DNA of 60,782 bases, counting the filler, from Platydemus manokwari (lineage: Eukaryota), in NCBI GenBank assembly GCA_037951405.1. It is 5 parts of 5 records of this genome, joined end to end, with 100 filler letters (N's around TTAATTAATTAA, not from the genome) between each part and the next. Parts side by side here need not be neighbours in the genome. Positions count along the whole stretch, not along the records: positions 1 to 14,853 come from JBBMOY011382536.1; positions 14,954 to 25,986 come from JBBMOY010958862.1; positions 26,087 to 38,288 come from JBBMOY010258893.1; 2 more parts are not named here. One strand, given 5' to 3'. The notes below the pieces were generated by a model. It searched no databases, was not told the origin of the DNA, and saw nothing but the letters and a program-made list of their open reading frames with translations. The position numbers were made by a program, and so were the translations under genes. Positions 13,720-27,260 of this stretch are shown here, piece after piece; within the stretch, counting starts at the first letter, position 1, and each line of letters begins with the position of its first letter.

Positions 13720-13780
13720 ATGCTCTCGTGACTTCTAATTTCGTCTTCGATGCGTGTTTTATAAAATAGTAGCGGCTTAC
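13720..13780 (-). repeat. Dispersed repeat; other copies at ~15981-16032 and ~16250-16303 (+)
   Basis: GTAAGCCGCTACTATTTTATAAAACACGCATCGAAGACGAA (rc) matches GTAAGTCGCTACTATATTATTAAACACGCATCGAAAACGAA at 16250. Confidence 0.7.
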
Positions 13781-14065
13781 AATTATTTTTAATTAATTAT
13801 CAAATTGAATCACGATCATCCATCATACTCGTAGCTCAATCTGTAATCCATTATGAATTGGATTTCTTCAAGTTTTCATACTCCCACGGGATTTGTCCTG
13901 ACGACAATAATGCATCAAAATTTATTACCTATCTGCTCTGTAAAATCCCATCGAGTTCTGCGTCGTTTTTTAGTCACAATATAGTAATCCTGGGTTTTGG
14001 AATTTTTGATGGATTAGTATTTAAATTAGAATATAAACGGATGGCTATCTTCTAGATTTCTTTTA

Positions 14066-14122
14066 TTCCTATTTGTTCCTGATCCGAGGAACGGATGAGG
14101 CCCACGGAAGTCCGAAATAGAA
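14066..14122 (+). ncRNA. Degenerate hammerhead-ribozyme-like motif 1
   Basis: TTCCTAT / hairpin GTTCCT-gatccg-AGGAAC / C(G)GATGA / stem II GG..CC / GAAA TAG; outer pairing ATGGCTA(14041)/TAGCCGT; core has a U->G change. Confidence 0.5.
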
Positions 14123-14176
14123 CACTAGCCGTATCATAAAACCACAATCATCATAATTGAAGGCTTCGAGAGATCT

Positions 14177-14230
14177 TCCTATATCTCTCAACCGAGATAC
14201 TGATGATGCTTAAGGAAAGCCGAAATAGGA
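14177..14230 (+). ncRNA. Hammerhead-ribozyme-like motif 2 (type III-like)
   Basis: TCCTA-TA, stem I TCTC/GAGA, CTGATGA (14200-14206), stem II GCTT-aagga-AAGC, GAAA, TAGGA complementary to TCCTA; mismatch at the base of stem II. Confidence 0.6.
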
Positions 14231-14853
14231 CTAATTTTCAACAAAAGGTAGTTTATTTGTATATTTTTATAATTTGACCACTAACAATACTATTTTTAAA
14301 ATTACTTTATTTAGTAACTTATTTTATTATTCTTTTATAGTTAAAAATATTCTCCTTATCTATTATTAAGAATGCAATTTAAAAATACTGCGACAACTCA
14401 CAGAAATGTATATAATATTTTTGTTAGTTGTTTGTATTTCAGAAAGATTTAACTCATAAAAGTAGAATAATAATAATACTTAATTTGTACCTGATTTCGA
14501 AGGTGTGGTACTATAAACCATAAAAATAATTTAAATAAATAAATGAGGATAAATGAAAATATATAATTATTAAATCAAATATTGTACAAATAATAACATC
14601 AATTTACAGATATTAATTAAAATGACAATTGAATAAACAATAATTATTCGATAACAAATAATTAGGCATTTAGTAAACTTTTAATTAGAGGGGATCAAAT
14701 CTTTATTGCTCAAATGTTGAGTGACATCAGGATTGCAATGGACGAGTTGAGAGTTGGGAAGCTGATAGACAAAATCATTATAGGGTTTTTTGAGTTTTAA
14801 AATAAATTTTGCACAATTTAAGATAATTATTTACATGAATAAGAGAATTGTTT

Positions 14854-14953
14854 NNNNNNNNNNNNNNNNNNNNNNNNNNNNNNNNNNNNNNNNNNNNTTA
14901 ATTAATTAANNNNNNNNNNNNNNNNNNNNNNNNNNNNNNNNNNNNNNNNNNNN
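14854..14953. other. Assembly gap with artificial TTAATTAATTAA spacer (also 25987-26086, 38289-38388, 50982-51081)
   Basis: Identical N44-TTAATTAATTAA-N44 blocks. Confidence 0.95.
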
Positions 14954-17199
14954 TATATATATATGTGTGTGTGTGTGCGTGCGTGTTTGAGTGTGTCGCT
15001 TGTCTGGATATATTTAAGCCCCAAAACGAAGATGCGAATGTTTATTTTTAGTCTTCGAATAACTATAATTATTATATAGATAGATAGATAATATATAATT
15101 ATAATAGGAACAATCAACATAATATTATATATATTCACATTATTAACCAAAAACTACTTATCTAATGTTGGCTGTCATAAAACTGTCAATTTCATTATGG
15201 AGAGGAGGAAATTGAATTTCACTTGATGAAAATGAAGGGCAACGTTGAGAAAATTGTGGAAAGGGGAACTGATAATTGATCAAAGTGGTTTCATTGAGTG
15301 GTGTCCTCATTAATTTTAGTTTCAATTAGATTGTCGAATAGTTAGAATGTCATCACAAATAGATAATTTCAATACAAAAAAAAATACTCCAATCAGTAAT
15401 GCATCGAATTCCCATTGTGATTGTTTGATGGTTCGCTGTGAAGTAATTAGCCTGTTATTCTATTCTGCACATTTTACGCTATTGATCAATTAATGATTTC
15501 AGTGATTTTGTTTTGACAAATCATCTTCAAATTATCCATTGTTAACTTTCTTTCATATTTTTGTCTTGTAATTAATTGATTTATTATTTTTTATTAATTG
15601 GTTAGGGTAAAATTATGAATTTTGTTTGACAACAAGTCGACATTTTATTAATGAATTCTTAAGATCTATATTTAAACAGTTATTGTGAATCTAAATGAAT
15701 GTGAGTTTGAGTCCACTGGTGAGAGAATTATTGATTGGTGGATTGGTAAGTCTATTTTATACTGACATGTAGAAAGAATTGGAATAGAAAATGATTCTAT
15801 GAACTATTATGGCTTTACATTACCAATAACAATATATTAATATAACAATATATTATTACATTATATAATTAAGGGTGAACATGTTTTGAATATTTTTATT
15901 AAAAATCAATATATAATGTGTGAATGGGTTACAAAATAAAGTTGAGTAGATTGAGTAAAATCGTTATATTAATTATTACTGTAACCCACTAATATTTTTT
16001 AAACACCCATTAAAACGAACTGAAAGTCACGACACCCTTTCTTTATCATCTTTGATTTTCTTTGTAATCCTAATTGATATATTTATCTACTCTGCATAGA
16101 AATCTATAATTCTTCTCTGCATCTTCTTTACATCTTCTTTACTTCTTCGGTATATATTCTCCATACAGTCTCAACATCTTCATTCTTCGTTTCCATAATT
16201 TTCCGTCATTGATCTTCTCAAAATCGAATCGAGATGCGTAGTCGCCATGTAAGTCGCTACTATATTATTAAACACGCATCGAAAACGAACTGAAAAAACA
16301 CGAATTAATATAATTTTATAATAAAAATTTAAATCTTCAACAATTTCATTCAATTTAAAATTCTCGCAATTACAAATCGAGTAAAAAAATCTTGTAGAAA
16401 AATTATTTTAATCGATTGGAAAAATGAGTGAATCATTATAATGAAAGTTATGATATTGGAGAATTGAAATTAATGATATAATCCGAACACAATGATAATA
16501 AAATTAAAGAAATCAGGAAAACAATTAATAAAATCACTTGGATAAAACTAATGTGATTTATAAACAGTAAAAATATTATTTCCGAAATAATAAATTTATT
16601 TATTTGATGGAAAAATTATTGATATTTAAGATATTTGAAGTTATTAATAGAAAGTTTCAATTATGGGTGTTTATTAGCATTATAATTAGCAAAACAGTAG
16701 CTGCCAATAGGAATTTACATTGTGTTCAATTAAGGAAATACATTGTAGAAGTATTTTAAAGAAAATGTATATAAAAGTAATGGTCAAGCGAGTCACTGTC
16801 ACTTTATGAGTAGCCCAACAAGAAATAAAAATAAAATATTTCTTTTGGCCTATTGTATTGAGCACAGCCAGTGGTGTTGTATTTTTAAGCACTGTAGTGG
16901 TATTTACAATAATTGTTTTGTATTGTAGAATAAGCTACTGAAGTAAAGATAATAGTTAACTGGAAGAAGATTCCGTTGCTGATAGGTTAAAACCGGTATC
17001 AAATTTTAAGTTATTCTTGATAACGAACTTTTAATATGAATTTATATCGCGGTTCTAGCCGACTTACAATAAAAATTAAATTACTAACTTAAGGTTTTGA
17101 TTTAGCAGGGGTTAAACAAAATAATAATAACCAGTTCGTCACATTCGAGATTCTTGATCAAAACTAGAAAAATTAGTTCTGAATTCAGCCTAGGTATGT

Positions 17200-18600
17200 G
17201 AAATAATTGCTTAAGGTATTATTTATAAGAGAAAAAGAAGTACAAACTTCAGGAAAGTTATCGACTATTGGAAATATAAATGGGATGTGGATACCAAGCT
17301 ATTCAGAGATTAAAAAAAATTATTATGTTCAGCGAAATTTTGAAAATACAAAAGTTTCACAACTCACAGAACATTTGATAAAAACGGAAGAGAAAATCTT
17401 GAACTTAAGGAACATTACGCGGACACGAAACTAATAACGGTAGAAGAGTAACCATAAAAAAGACGAGAACAGTCTTCATTTATCAGTGAAATAAATAGTA
17501 GAAAACTATACAATGATAGATATGGTTTTCAGGAGAAGAAAGACGAATGATAGTGACGCGGACATTGTTTCTGGTGTAGTGAAGTAGGTCATTTTAGAGA
17601 TCACTGTCCGATAAGAAACGAATGTCATATATGTGGACATGGAGGTAATGTTTCCCGAGAATGTAACATGTTTAGAGACTGCAATCAATCATCAGAAAGC
17701 CGAGAGAGATAATCAAAAAATATAAGAATGATGATAATCATCAAAAAGTACGGATAACCGAGATGATGTATTGCAAGAAAGACGAAAATGAATTAAGAAT
17801 AATACTTCAAATAATTTTACCAGTGTCGTCAATGACATGATGAGTTTATGCCGTGATATCAGAAAAATGATAGATCTTTATAATGAGTGAGAATATTCAT
17901 GAAATTGGGAACAACTATGCGAGAAGCACTCATTCTGAATCTTCCTCGAGAAAACAGAACACTAAGATCAAAGAAAACGGATCGGAAAAAGCAATGGCAT
18001 GTGGATCGCGGTTGTTAACGAGTAACAAAAAGGTCTACTGTGTGACGAGGAAAGATGTTTTTAACATTGATGGGTTTGTTATCCCTTTCAGAGAAAATCT
18101 GCATGGACAGAAATTTGTTGTACGCATAAAGAAAAAAGCCTCAACTATCTTAAAAGAAATAAAAAATCAATTAGATGAAAGGACCATGTTTGAGGTATTC
18201 CTTAACTCTTGGATTTATCGTTTTGCAAAACAAAATACCATTTTGACAGTAAGCGGATTGAAGTTCAGTTCATAGTAAAAGAATTTGCTAAATTCCGGAT
18301 TCCTGAATAGCTTAGCTCGTCTTATCAGCACTAATCAAATAGATTAACAGAGCAAGTCATTTGTACGGTTAGAGTTTTGGTAGTCTAGTCGCTAAAGAGT
18401 GAAACTAACATTAAGAAATGAATTTTCCATCAGCACTACTCGGTAATATTCTACCAAATTCTCTTCTTTTTAAGTCTCTTGTAGACAGAAGATAAATCTC
18501 AAATTTGAAAGTGACTACAAAGATGTACCGAAAGACATCGTGAGTAAAATTGGTGCCTTACAAGATGTATACAAGGGATACCGATAGAAGAGGGCATAAA
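17200..18600 (+). mobile_element. Highly decayed Ty3/gypsy pol remnant (protease-like and integrase core)
   Basis: DSDADIVS (D-S-G-A-D-like); WIYRFAKQNTILTVSGLKFSS and SSYQH*SNRLTEQVICTV resemble the rve core. Confidence 0.55.
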
Positions 18601-21600
18601 AATTAAAATTTGAAGCCAAAGTATTGGTCTGAACTGACCACAATAGAGGTTCTAAAATTTTTAAGATTTACAACTTTTTTGGGGGTATAGAATCCCCACT
18701 TTGGTCATATCTAAATCCAAAGTCAAGAGATACACTGTTATGTACAGAATCTTCTAAATGTTTTAAATTCATGAGCAAAATCAATTATTAGAACCAAATA
18801 TTGCCAAGCCTAACTTACCGAATCAACTGTCTTCAATTAGATGATTTTTAACCGAATTTTCTAAATCATCCGATCTGAATCATCTCAACTTATTAGCACC
18901 AGTAATCGGCAAAAACCTTAAAGTACAAGAAAAGCCTTGAACTCATTAGAATCGATTTTAAAATTGCTTTTTCTATTATTTATTAAAATCGCTTTTATGT
19001 ACTTTGGTTTGCCTTACCTCATCAAAAATTAATTAAAACAATTATATCAAACAATGTAAAATCGCAGTCAATAAATTTAAACTGCTGCTAATGGAGAGAT
19101 TGGAAACCACCAAATCACTGACTAGGAAGTACTTAAAATGCCTTTTTTATGAAAATAAACAGCAAATACTCTTTTGATAAATCACATCATGAGTGAACAA
19201 GAATGAAGGATACGTGATTTCAATTAAGCATTTCTTTATCTCTGAGAATTAAAATGAAATCCCAAAAGAAAACATCGACTATAGACAACAAAATATACAC
19301 ATTTTTCACAAAAAAAACGTAAAATTTCTTTAATTAATCAATAACTTTTGATTATTTTCAATAAATTATTTATTAGAGAAAAGAAATTCCATCTCGTTTG
19401 TTTGTTATCTATTTGTTGAAAATTTGAGATATTTCTTTCAAATGTTATCAAATTTCCAATTCAGATAAACACAAGGATAACACATTGGATTTATTTAATC
19501 AATAATTTCCTCAATTTAAATCTTTCAGGTTGATTTTGCTTTGTTTTCTTGTATTATTTTCCATTACTATGAAGGGATATACGAAAACTGTCATGTGCCA
19601 GTTGTGCTTTGGCACACCCATATTACATGAGATTCAAGCAGGGTGACGGACACACTGATCGGAATCAGAAACTAACTAATTTAAAAACAAACAAAATCAG
19701 ATGGGATTTTCTTTCTACCGATCACGGTTTTTCTGATGTTTTCGAATTCAAGATCTTGATCTTGTCAGTGCAGGTTTGATTTAATGATTCTTTAGGTCAT
19801 CATCACTTTAAAATTCATAAAATATTATTATTATTTTTGTAATGTTCCAAAAAATATCAGATAAACATGTCACTCCTACATTGGAATCAATATTAAACGA
19901 TAAACAAAACATAAATAAATAAATTAATAAAATAAATGTTTATAGAAATTTTTATTTATTTAAATATTCTACATATTTCTTCTCACGATATCTCATTACG
20001 GTTTTCATTTCATTTTGAATTTTCCTCCTTACTTAAAAATAACGAATACTATTTCTTCTTCAATTTAATACTTGATATTATATTCAAAAATTCCTTTTTC
20101 CTCATAATTCGTCTTTTCTTGATTTGTTTAATGAAATATACTCATTTTATTTTCGATAACCAAATACGAACACTCGTATTCCCACATTAACAACGTCGAC
20201 TATCTGTCATGGAAATGATATTTGGTTGGAAAAATTCCATTGCACTAATATTTTTTGGGTTTGAGCGATGGTAGGTATATGATGATATGGAACCAAAACA
20301 GGTGCACTGCAAATTGTAATTCTCAGTATTGCAACTCAAGATTTATATTATTCATATTCTAGAATCACTTATTTCTTGATCGTTTGTAATAAGATATTGA
20401 GAAATGCATGGGCATCAATTTCGTTTATTCGAAGATATACATATCTACGCTTATATATTTTTACCTCAATGTTAAATATCGATTATCAAACTACCTACTT
20501 GAATTAGCTCTAAAAAATGCATTTTACTCGAACTAGATTTACCTCCAATTAATTGTTGGTGATATATCAATTTTTATTGCACTCTCAATCGATATTTTCT
20601 CAATTAAAGACAAAGAATATTTTTAAAAAAGTAAAAATCGTTTTTAAAGATATTTTTTAATTCTTTTAATTGAATTAAATGATTAGAAATGACCTTTCGG
20701 TCATTCGTTCGATTTGGTTGACTTCTTAAAATAGTTTTGAAACCGAATTTAATGAAGTAGAAACAGCTAAAGTGGCAACCATGTATTTGGAATCAAACAT
20801 TTTTTTTAATTTTTAAAGTTTTTATCAGAAGGTTTTATGCATTTTAAATAAAATAAATGATTTAAAACATTTTTTAAATAATTTATTTTAATATTTTTAA
20901 TTTTACAATAATATTTTGATGGATTTTATTTAAATTTTATAAGTCAGCATCTCATACAGATATCTTTAGAAACTTGTGTCAACAGCAACACAATTAATCT
21001 GACCTAAAAATGAAAAAACAAACCACAATCGTTAAAATTTAAATAAATGATGCATTTTAAAATTTCATAAATCCCGCCGGATCTTTTCCAATAATTATTT
21101 GAAAATATTAATGTTCAGTGCAGAAAAATCATATCTCAAATAAATTCCAAAGGCAATGTGTGTGTGTCAGAAGTTTCAATATTTCTGAACTAATTGAAAA
21201 TTAATGAAAACATAAGATGATGATGCCCTAATCGATACAACCAAAATATTAACCAATTACTTTAATATTTGTATTTCTCAACTATATTTTCATCATTTTG
21301 AAAGTTGTAACTAATACATTTAGATCTTCTAATATTTTAAAACAACATCATTGGCCAATTAGGAGAAGAATAAAAAATTATTTTAAAAGCGGTTTAAAAT
21401 TTATTTCAGAAACTTATTTTAATTTTTAGATAAATTAATTTTTTTCATTACGCTTGTGGGTTTCATTATTTCTTAAAATATGTAATTATAAAGAATTAGT
21501 TGAATTTTTGTGAAACATTTCGCACCTTTTTGAAACAATGAGAAAAAAGAGTCATAGTGGAAATATTTATATTTCACTCTTAAATATATTAGTAACGAGG

Positions 21601-22449
21601 GAAATAGCATTGGGTCAATTTCCATATAAACTACTCGTATATATTATTGTCCTACATATCAACTAGTCCACCATTTATAATATTAATTATGAACATTTTT
21701 CGTCTTCAAAATACTTCCTATGTTTCTTACATTTAGATATTATGAATTATTTTCAAGATGAATTCGGATTTCATTGTAACTGTCGATCACGCTGATAGGC
21801 GTGCTTTTCGAGCTTGCTTCGGAAAACTCAAAAGTTTTTTATTCAAAAAATGTTCGTCATGTCAACCAAATGATTCTCGATAACCAAAATCTTTTTCACT
21901 TCAAAAGTTCCAAACCTGCAGGTTAATAAAGGAAAATAGAAAGTACTTGGAAATGTTTTAGGCCTCTTAATAGATAAGAAAATGTTTTTGCATTTCGAGA
22001 AAGGAAACATTTGAAGATTCGTTGATTTACTATAAATTTTAGACATGAGAAAATTCACCCAAACCAATCAGTGGCCAGTTTCGTGTGTGTTTAACTAAAT
22101 TAATAAAATTTTATTTTGAATTTCTCAGCCCGAAAATTCAGATTGAAAATCTCGGTTTAGTTAAAATTTCCAATTACAACACTTAATGCTACACAAAGAA
22201 GCCAAACCAAAAAGTCACTTTATCAAAAAAAAACTGTGAAATGATGAGTTAATGATGAGCTGAGAAAAAATGAAAAAATCAATACTATAATTTGTTTTAA
22301 TCTGAAATGATTTTCTCAAAGCGGAAACTGGAGTCTATACATCGATCAATAAAAGCTATTACTTTACCAATTTAGAGTAATACAAAATGTTTTTGAAGTA
22401 TAATGATAAAGGAGCGAAGCAAACAGATTACCATTCACAAAAATTTAAA

Positions 22450-24800
22450 AATTTATCCTCACGAGAAGTTATTTCAAATAAGAAGTAAGAAATTGGTTGG
22501 TTAAATTCAGCTATAAGTTTATCCCAATCATCGAGGATATTTTCAGACATCACAGTCACTACCAACTCTAAAATTGTCCCAATTATGTTGGTAGAATGAT
22601 GTAAGCTCTTACGTAATGCCCTATTTGATAACCACTGTTCTTACCAGTTCACCTTCAAACGCCTATCGGATCACTTTAATTATTTGTGGTCTCCAAATTG
22701 GTAAATGGCCTATGAAACGCGATTCATTTTTATATAAAACAGAACTCAAACTTACTGAACCGACCAATAAATACTTAAATTTGGATTGAAAATCTAGTCT
22801 TGAATGATTCTTTAGTTTCACTAGGGATACTTTGTGATTAGCACAGATCTGACATTTTCAAACTCTATGTTCAATATTTCTGCTCATATTCGATTGGTGG
22901 TAGAGATTCTGATTGTAAATAAGTTGCTTATTACGGCCTATATGCTATAATTCTTCGTGAAGCTATTGAGTTAACTTTTGTACACGAGACACTGGAATGA
23001 CTACGCTTCTTCTCATTAATCATAGTATGGGAATAATTTCCTTACCAGATTATATCTCTCAAAATTTTACTAGTAATCACTCATATTGCCTTAGAACCCA
23101 CATTACTCGTCTGATCTCGAAACAACTTACCTATTGAGTCTACACCCACATCATCTTGATAATTTTTTCCAAGTTCATTGTTATAAGTAGTTCAAAGGTC
23201 AAGTCTTTGTCCTAAATGCTTTATCACTCTGGTATTTTGACAAGTATTGAGAATATATTGCTTCTTATCGTCATTGCAAACATTCCCTATTAACATGGTT
23301 AGATCTACGATTTAGCCTTTTTCAAGTAAAGTCTTGGTAATCCATTCATGATACTTATTTTTTCAAAGCAAATATTTATTGAAATACATTGTGAATACGG
23401 AAATCGATAAGAGGAGCTTTCCGGTTATGAAGTAATCCTTTATTTGATTGTTCAAGTTTCATGATGACCATGAAATTAATATTTAAAGATTGTTATCAAC
23501 GATCTGACATCGCCAATTGATCCAAGATTTCCATATGTATCTGAAATCATTTCTCTGTTTTGATCTGGATACACCGACATCAAAGATGTCAATAGAGTAT
23601 CTTTAAAATCTTTTTACTATCTATCGCTTTCATTTGACTTCTCAATCTTCTTATCAAACCCAAACAATAATGAATATAGTGGTACAGTTATCATTGTATA
23701 ATTCCTAATAAATCTCCTAGAATAAAAAAGACACATAAACTACCGCAGTTGCGTCATACAAACCGGTATTACAGCATTTATGATTTGCATGCATTCTGAT
23801 GTAATCGTATAGCGAAAAAATTTCAAAAGCATGGTGTCAGATAAGCATTTGTAGTGTTCATTCCCGCCAGTAATTCAATTTATTTAAAAATCTTGAAAAG
23901 ATTTGCGTCACGGTAATTTTCCAAGTTCTATTTTATCAAAATATCGTCTAGATAAACCAGAACTTTGTTGTAAATAAATTATAAATTATTGGGTTTATTT
24001 AAATATTGGATCCATTAAGCTCTGGAATGCAGTTGGATTTGTCCGCATGCCAAAAGGCAATTTCGTCGAAACAATATTTTCCGATTATGGTGTTAATAGA
24101 GGCTATTAATTTGTGTTTTAAAATTATGGCTACACGTATCGAATCTAGCATAGTTTCAATATCGAGTGAGAGAAATATCAATTTCTCTGACAAATCACAA
24201 CATTTGTGGAGATTCAAGCACATCCTTATTGAACCATCTTTTTAAGAACGAACATTAAAAGGTATTTTCATTTCTATTACAGATATTACAGTTCTTACAG
24301 ATTCGATTTCCAGATAATTGCCTATTAATTCTCCAATTTCCTTTTCTAAATTCGTCGGTGTGCCTTTTGCGTATCTGGTAAATCAGTCCTTCTTTTGCCA
24401 CAATTGTAAATTTTATTTAACTTTATTAATCCGATATGAAACGCTGGTGCTACAAAAATCGAGGTATTTTTCCTATAGTTATTCTTATTGAACCATCATT
24501 ATCTCTGGCAATGCATTTCATTTCTAAATCAATTCTGTCTTTGTCATCAAGAATTTTAGCAATTTCTAATATATCATCAATCATTTTTATTTCGGTCAAA
24601 AGATTCAAAATATTCTCAAATCTAGGTGGAATACTTTTAGATTTTAATCGATTCACAAGACTTATAACCTTATCAGGTCTAATTACAGCTATTACTTTTG
24701 TCAATTTTAGATTTAGATTTTTTTTTATTAATAGCCCTTCGATACTTTTCGAGATATCTTCACTCATAATTGTGATGAATGGTCCAGAGTGCTGCAGGAA
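22450..24800 (-). mobile_element. Decayed Ty3/gypsy gag-pol remnant
   Basis: KKDGSIRMCL (~24240) and frameshifted KLPFGMRTNPTAFQSLMD (~24060-24005) RT motifs; degenerate knuckle ~24400; RNase H/integrase-like traces downstream. Confidence 0.7.
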
Positions 24801-26719
24801 TTAAATCAATCTCTTATTAAATGTTATCCAACTCCATTTCTTTTAATCTACCCTTTGAAACATATTCGAACTTTTCACTAACATTTCTTCTTTCCTCACT
24901 TAAGTATCACTTCTGCTTCTCTCACTTACTATTACTATTAATTCAGACCAACCGACAAGATAGCTACAGCGTTTGTGACCGCATTATTTTAATCATCATC
25001 GTTTATGATTTCAGATTGGACATCGTATTTATCCCGAAAACAAAATATTCTTATCTGTTTGTTGCGGAATATTCTAGTTTGAAACCACTATCTAAAAATG
25101 TCTTCGTGAAAAATAAAACAGTAGCGCAAGGTGAACACTCGTTTCTTTCGTGTTCCATTTTTACACAGCAAAACCATGCATCTAGCCAAAGATATCGATC
25201 TCATATCGTGGGTCTACATCATAAAATCTTGTTGCAACCATATGTACTTATATTTGATGATTGCAGTCTATGAACCCAAACACAAATTCTATCGATTAAC
25301 AAGGATGAGTTTTCCTTGAAAAATTTTTTTATAATTTGTGGTTATCTGTGGTTTTTGAGGCTTCTCAGGGTGTCAAGGTTTTGGTGCGCTCAACTTGTAA
25401 GTAAGAACATACTCTAATTTCCTAACTCTAAGTTTAACACTACGATATTTTTTTATCCGATATATCATACCTAATTAATGCTTAGTCATGAGTCTTGTCA
25501 GAGTTTTTATTGTGCCGAAAAAGCTCTAAATCATCATCAGTTATTGGAGCGTTATCTTTACAAAAAATACATCCGCCGAAGGCATTTATGTCCTTCAAAT
25601 ATATATGAGATAAAATTTAGCTCCATCTGATTAAATATAGCGAAAGCATGAGCTTCATGAGTAGCTCCATCGAAAAGTTTTGCTTTGGGATTCAGTATTT
25701 GAAGATCTTTTCAAGCAATGCCGAAATATCTCATCCAATAAGCAGTGTTTTAAAAAATGATTTGTTAAGAATTACTAAAATTTTTAAAATCACATCAATT
25801 AAGCAATCGTAATACGAGCGCTTGATTATGAAAGTGGTATAAGTCATTTCAACATTTCAAAACCAAATTTCCATTTAAAAATGGTAACAAATTTCACAAT
25901 CATATGAAGTGCTGATTTACCGGCGCTAATTAATTGTCAAAATATTTCATTCTATAATACACAAATATTTTTTAATTCTTTAACATNNNNNNNNNNNNNN
26001 NNNNNNNNNNNNNNNNNNNNNNNNNNNNNNTTAATTAATTAANNNNNNNNNNNNNNNNNNNNNNNNNNNNNNNNNNNNNNNNNNNNTGTAGGGATAATAA
26101 TCAATTATTATGTTTTGCAAGGAGTTTATTGATTTGAGACTAATTGATATGTGGTATCTATTGAATGAAGAATCGATTTTTATTAAATGATAGATATTTA
26201 AATGACAAATATTGAACCCTCCAGTAATAGAAAGAAAAAAGAAACAAATTATTATATAAATAAAATATAAACAAAAATTAGAGATTTCATATTATCGATT
26301 TAATCATAAACAGAAACACAATATTTAGACGTGGAAGAGGAATACATAGAAGCATTAAATATAATTATTGATGGGTTCATTTTTGTGTTTTATTACGATA
26401 ATTTATTTTGTGTTAATGGGTCTCTTGAGAGGCTTCAATAATTCGTATCATGGTGAATTATCCGTTATATAAAAACATCGAATATCCACCCTATCTAATT
26501 TATATAATAACTGATTATCACCAAAACGATTTGCAGTTTCATTGACAAGAAATAATTCGCGAATAATCAATTAATCAATTAATCCGTACTTGACAAAAGA
26601 TTATTAATAATAACCGTACTGCAATGATCAACAAGACTGTCTTAATGCTTTTTTTGTGAAATAAGAAAACACTAGAACAGTAAAACAACAAAAATATATC
26701 AGTCAAATTACATAACGCG

Positions 26720-27177
26720 TCACGTAAGTGAGTGACTGTGAAAATCTAAAGTGGATTGGTGAAGACCAATAATACAATGCAATGAAATAAGAATTACTAA
26801 AAATATTATGATTGGGAAAATATAATTTAAATCTTACTTACTAGAACCAATTTATGGCCTGTGATAGAAATTCACCGATTTGGTTTTTTAATCAATATCT
26901 TTGTTGAATTAATTCTAATAACTGGCTCGGCTATTATTTCGTGTGATGTGCCATGTGTTTTATAGTCTATGTGGTGGTGGCTTTTATACTTTTTTCATAG
27001 ATGCCATCTATTAGTTCGTTACTTGGTTATTATAATTTATTCTTTTCGTCTTCACCGGTAGTATCTTATTTCACATCTCTGTTAATCAATAACTTTATTT
27101 TAGTATTTGTTAATTGTTCTCTTTATTATTTCTTATTAAATTTTATTATTAAATTATTATTATTATATTAGTATAAG

Positions 27178-27208
<31 letters not shown>

Positions 27209-27260
27209 TTCATTGCACTTTTACATTGTGATTACTTTGTTTCCATTTATTAACTTTCTC
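26720..27260 (-). mobile_element. Possible solo LTR related to the 899-1678 LTR; includes a (TTA)n tract
   Basis: Minus-strand GTATAAAAG followed by CACCACCAC...AATAGCCGA, the same order as after the TATA in LTR 899-1678; boundaries approximate. Confidence 0.3.

Noticed and set aside
14854-14953. Recurrent TTAATTAATTAA palindrome inside N runs (four times)
   Set aside because: Identical 100-bp construct with stops in all six frames: an artificial contig joiner, not biology. It also means cross-gap adjacency is uncertain
19560-19780. Possible ARF-like GTPase pseudo-exons (HYYE.., LPITVF..QDL)
   Set aside because: Needs several frameshifts and no P-loop is present; unsupported
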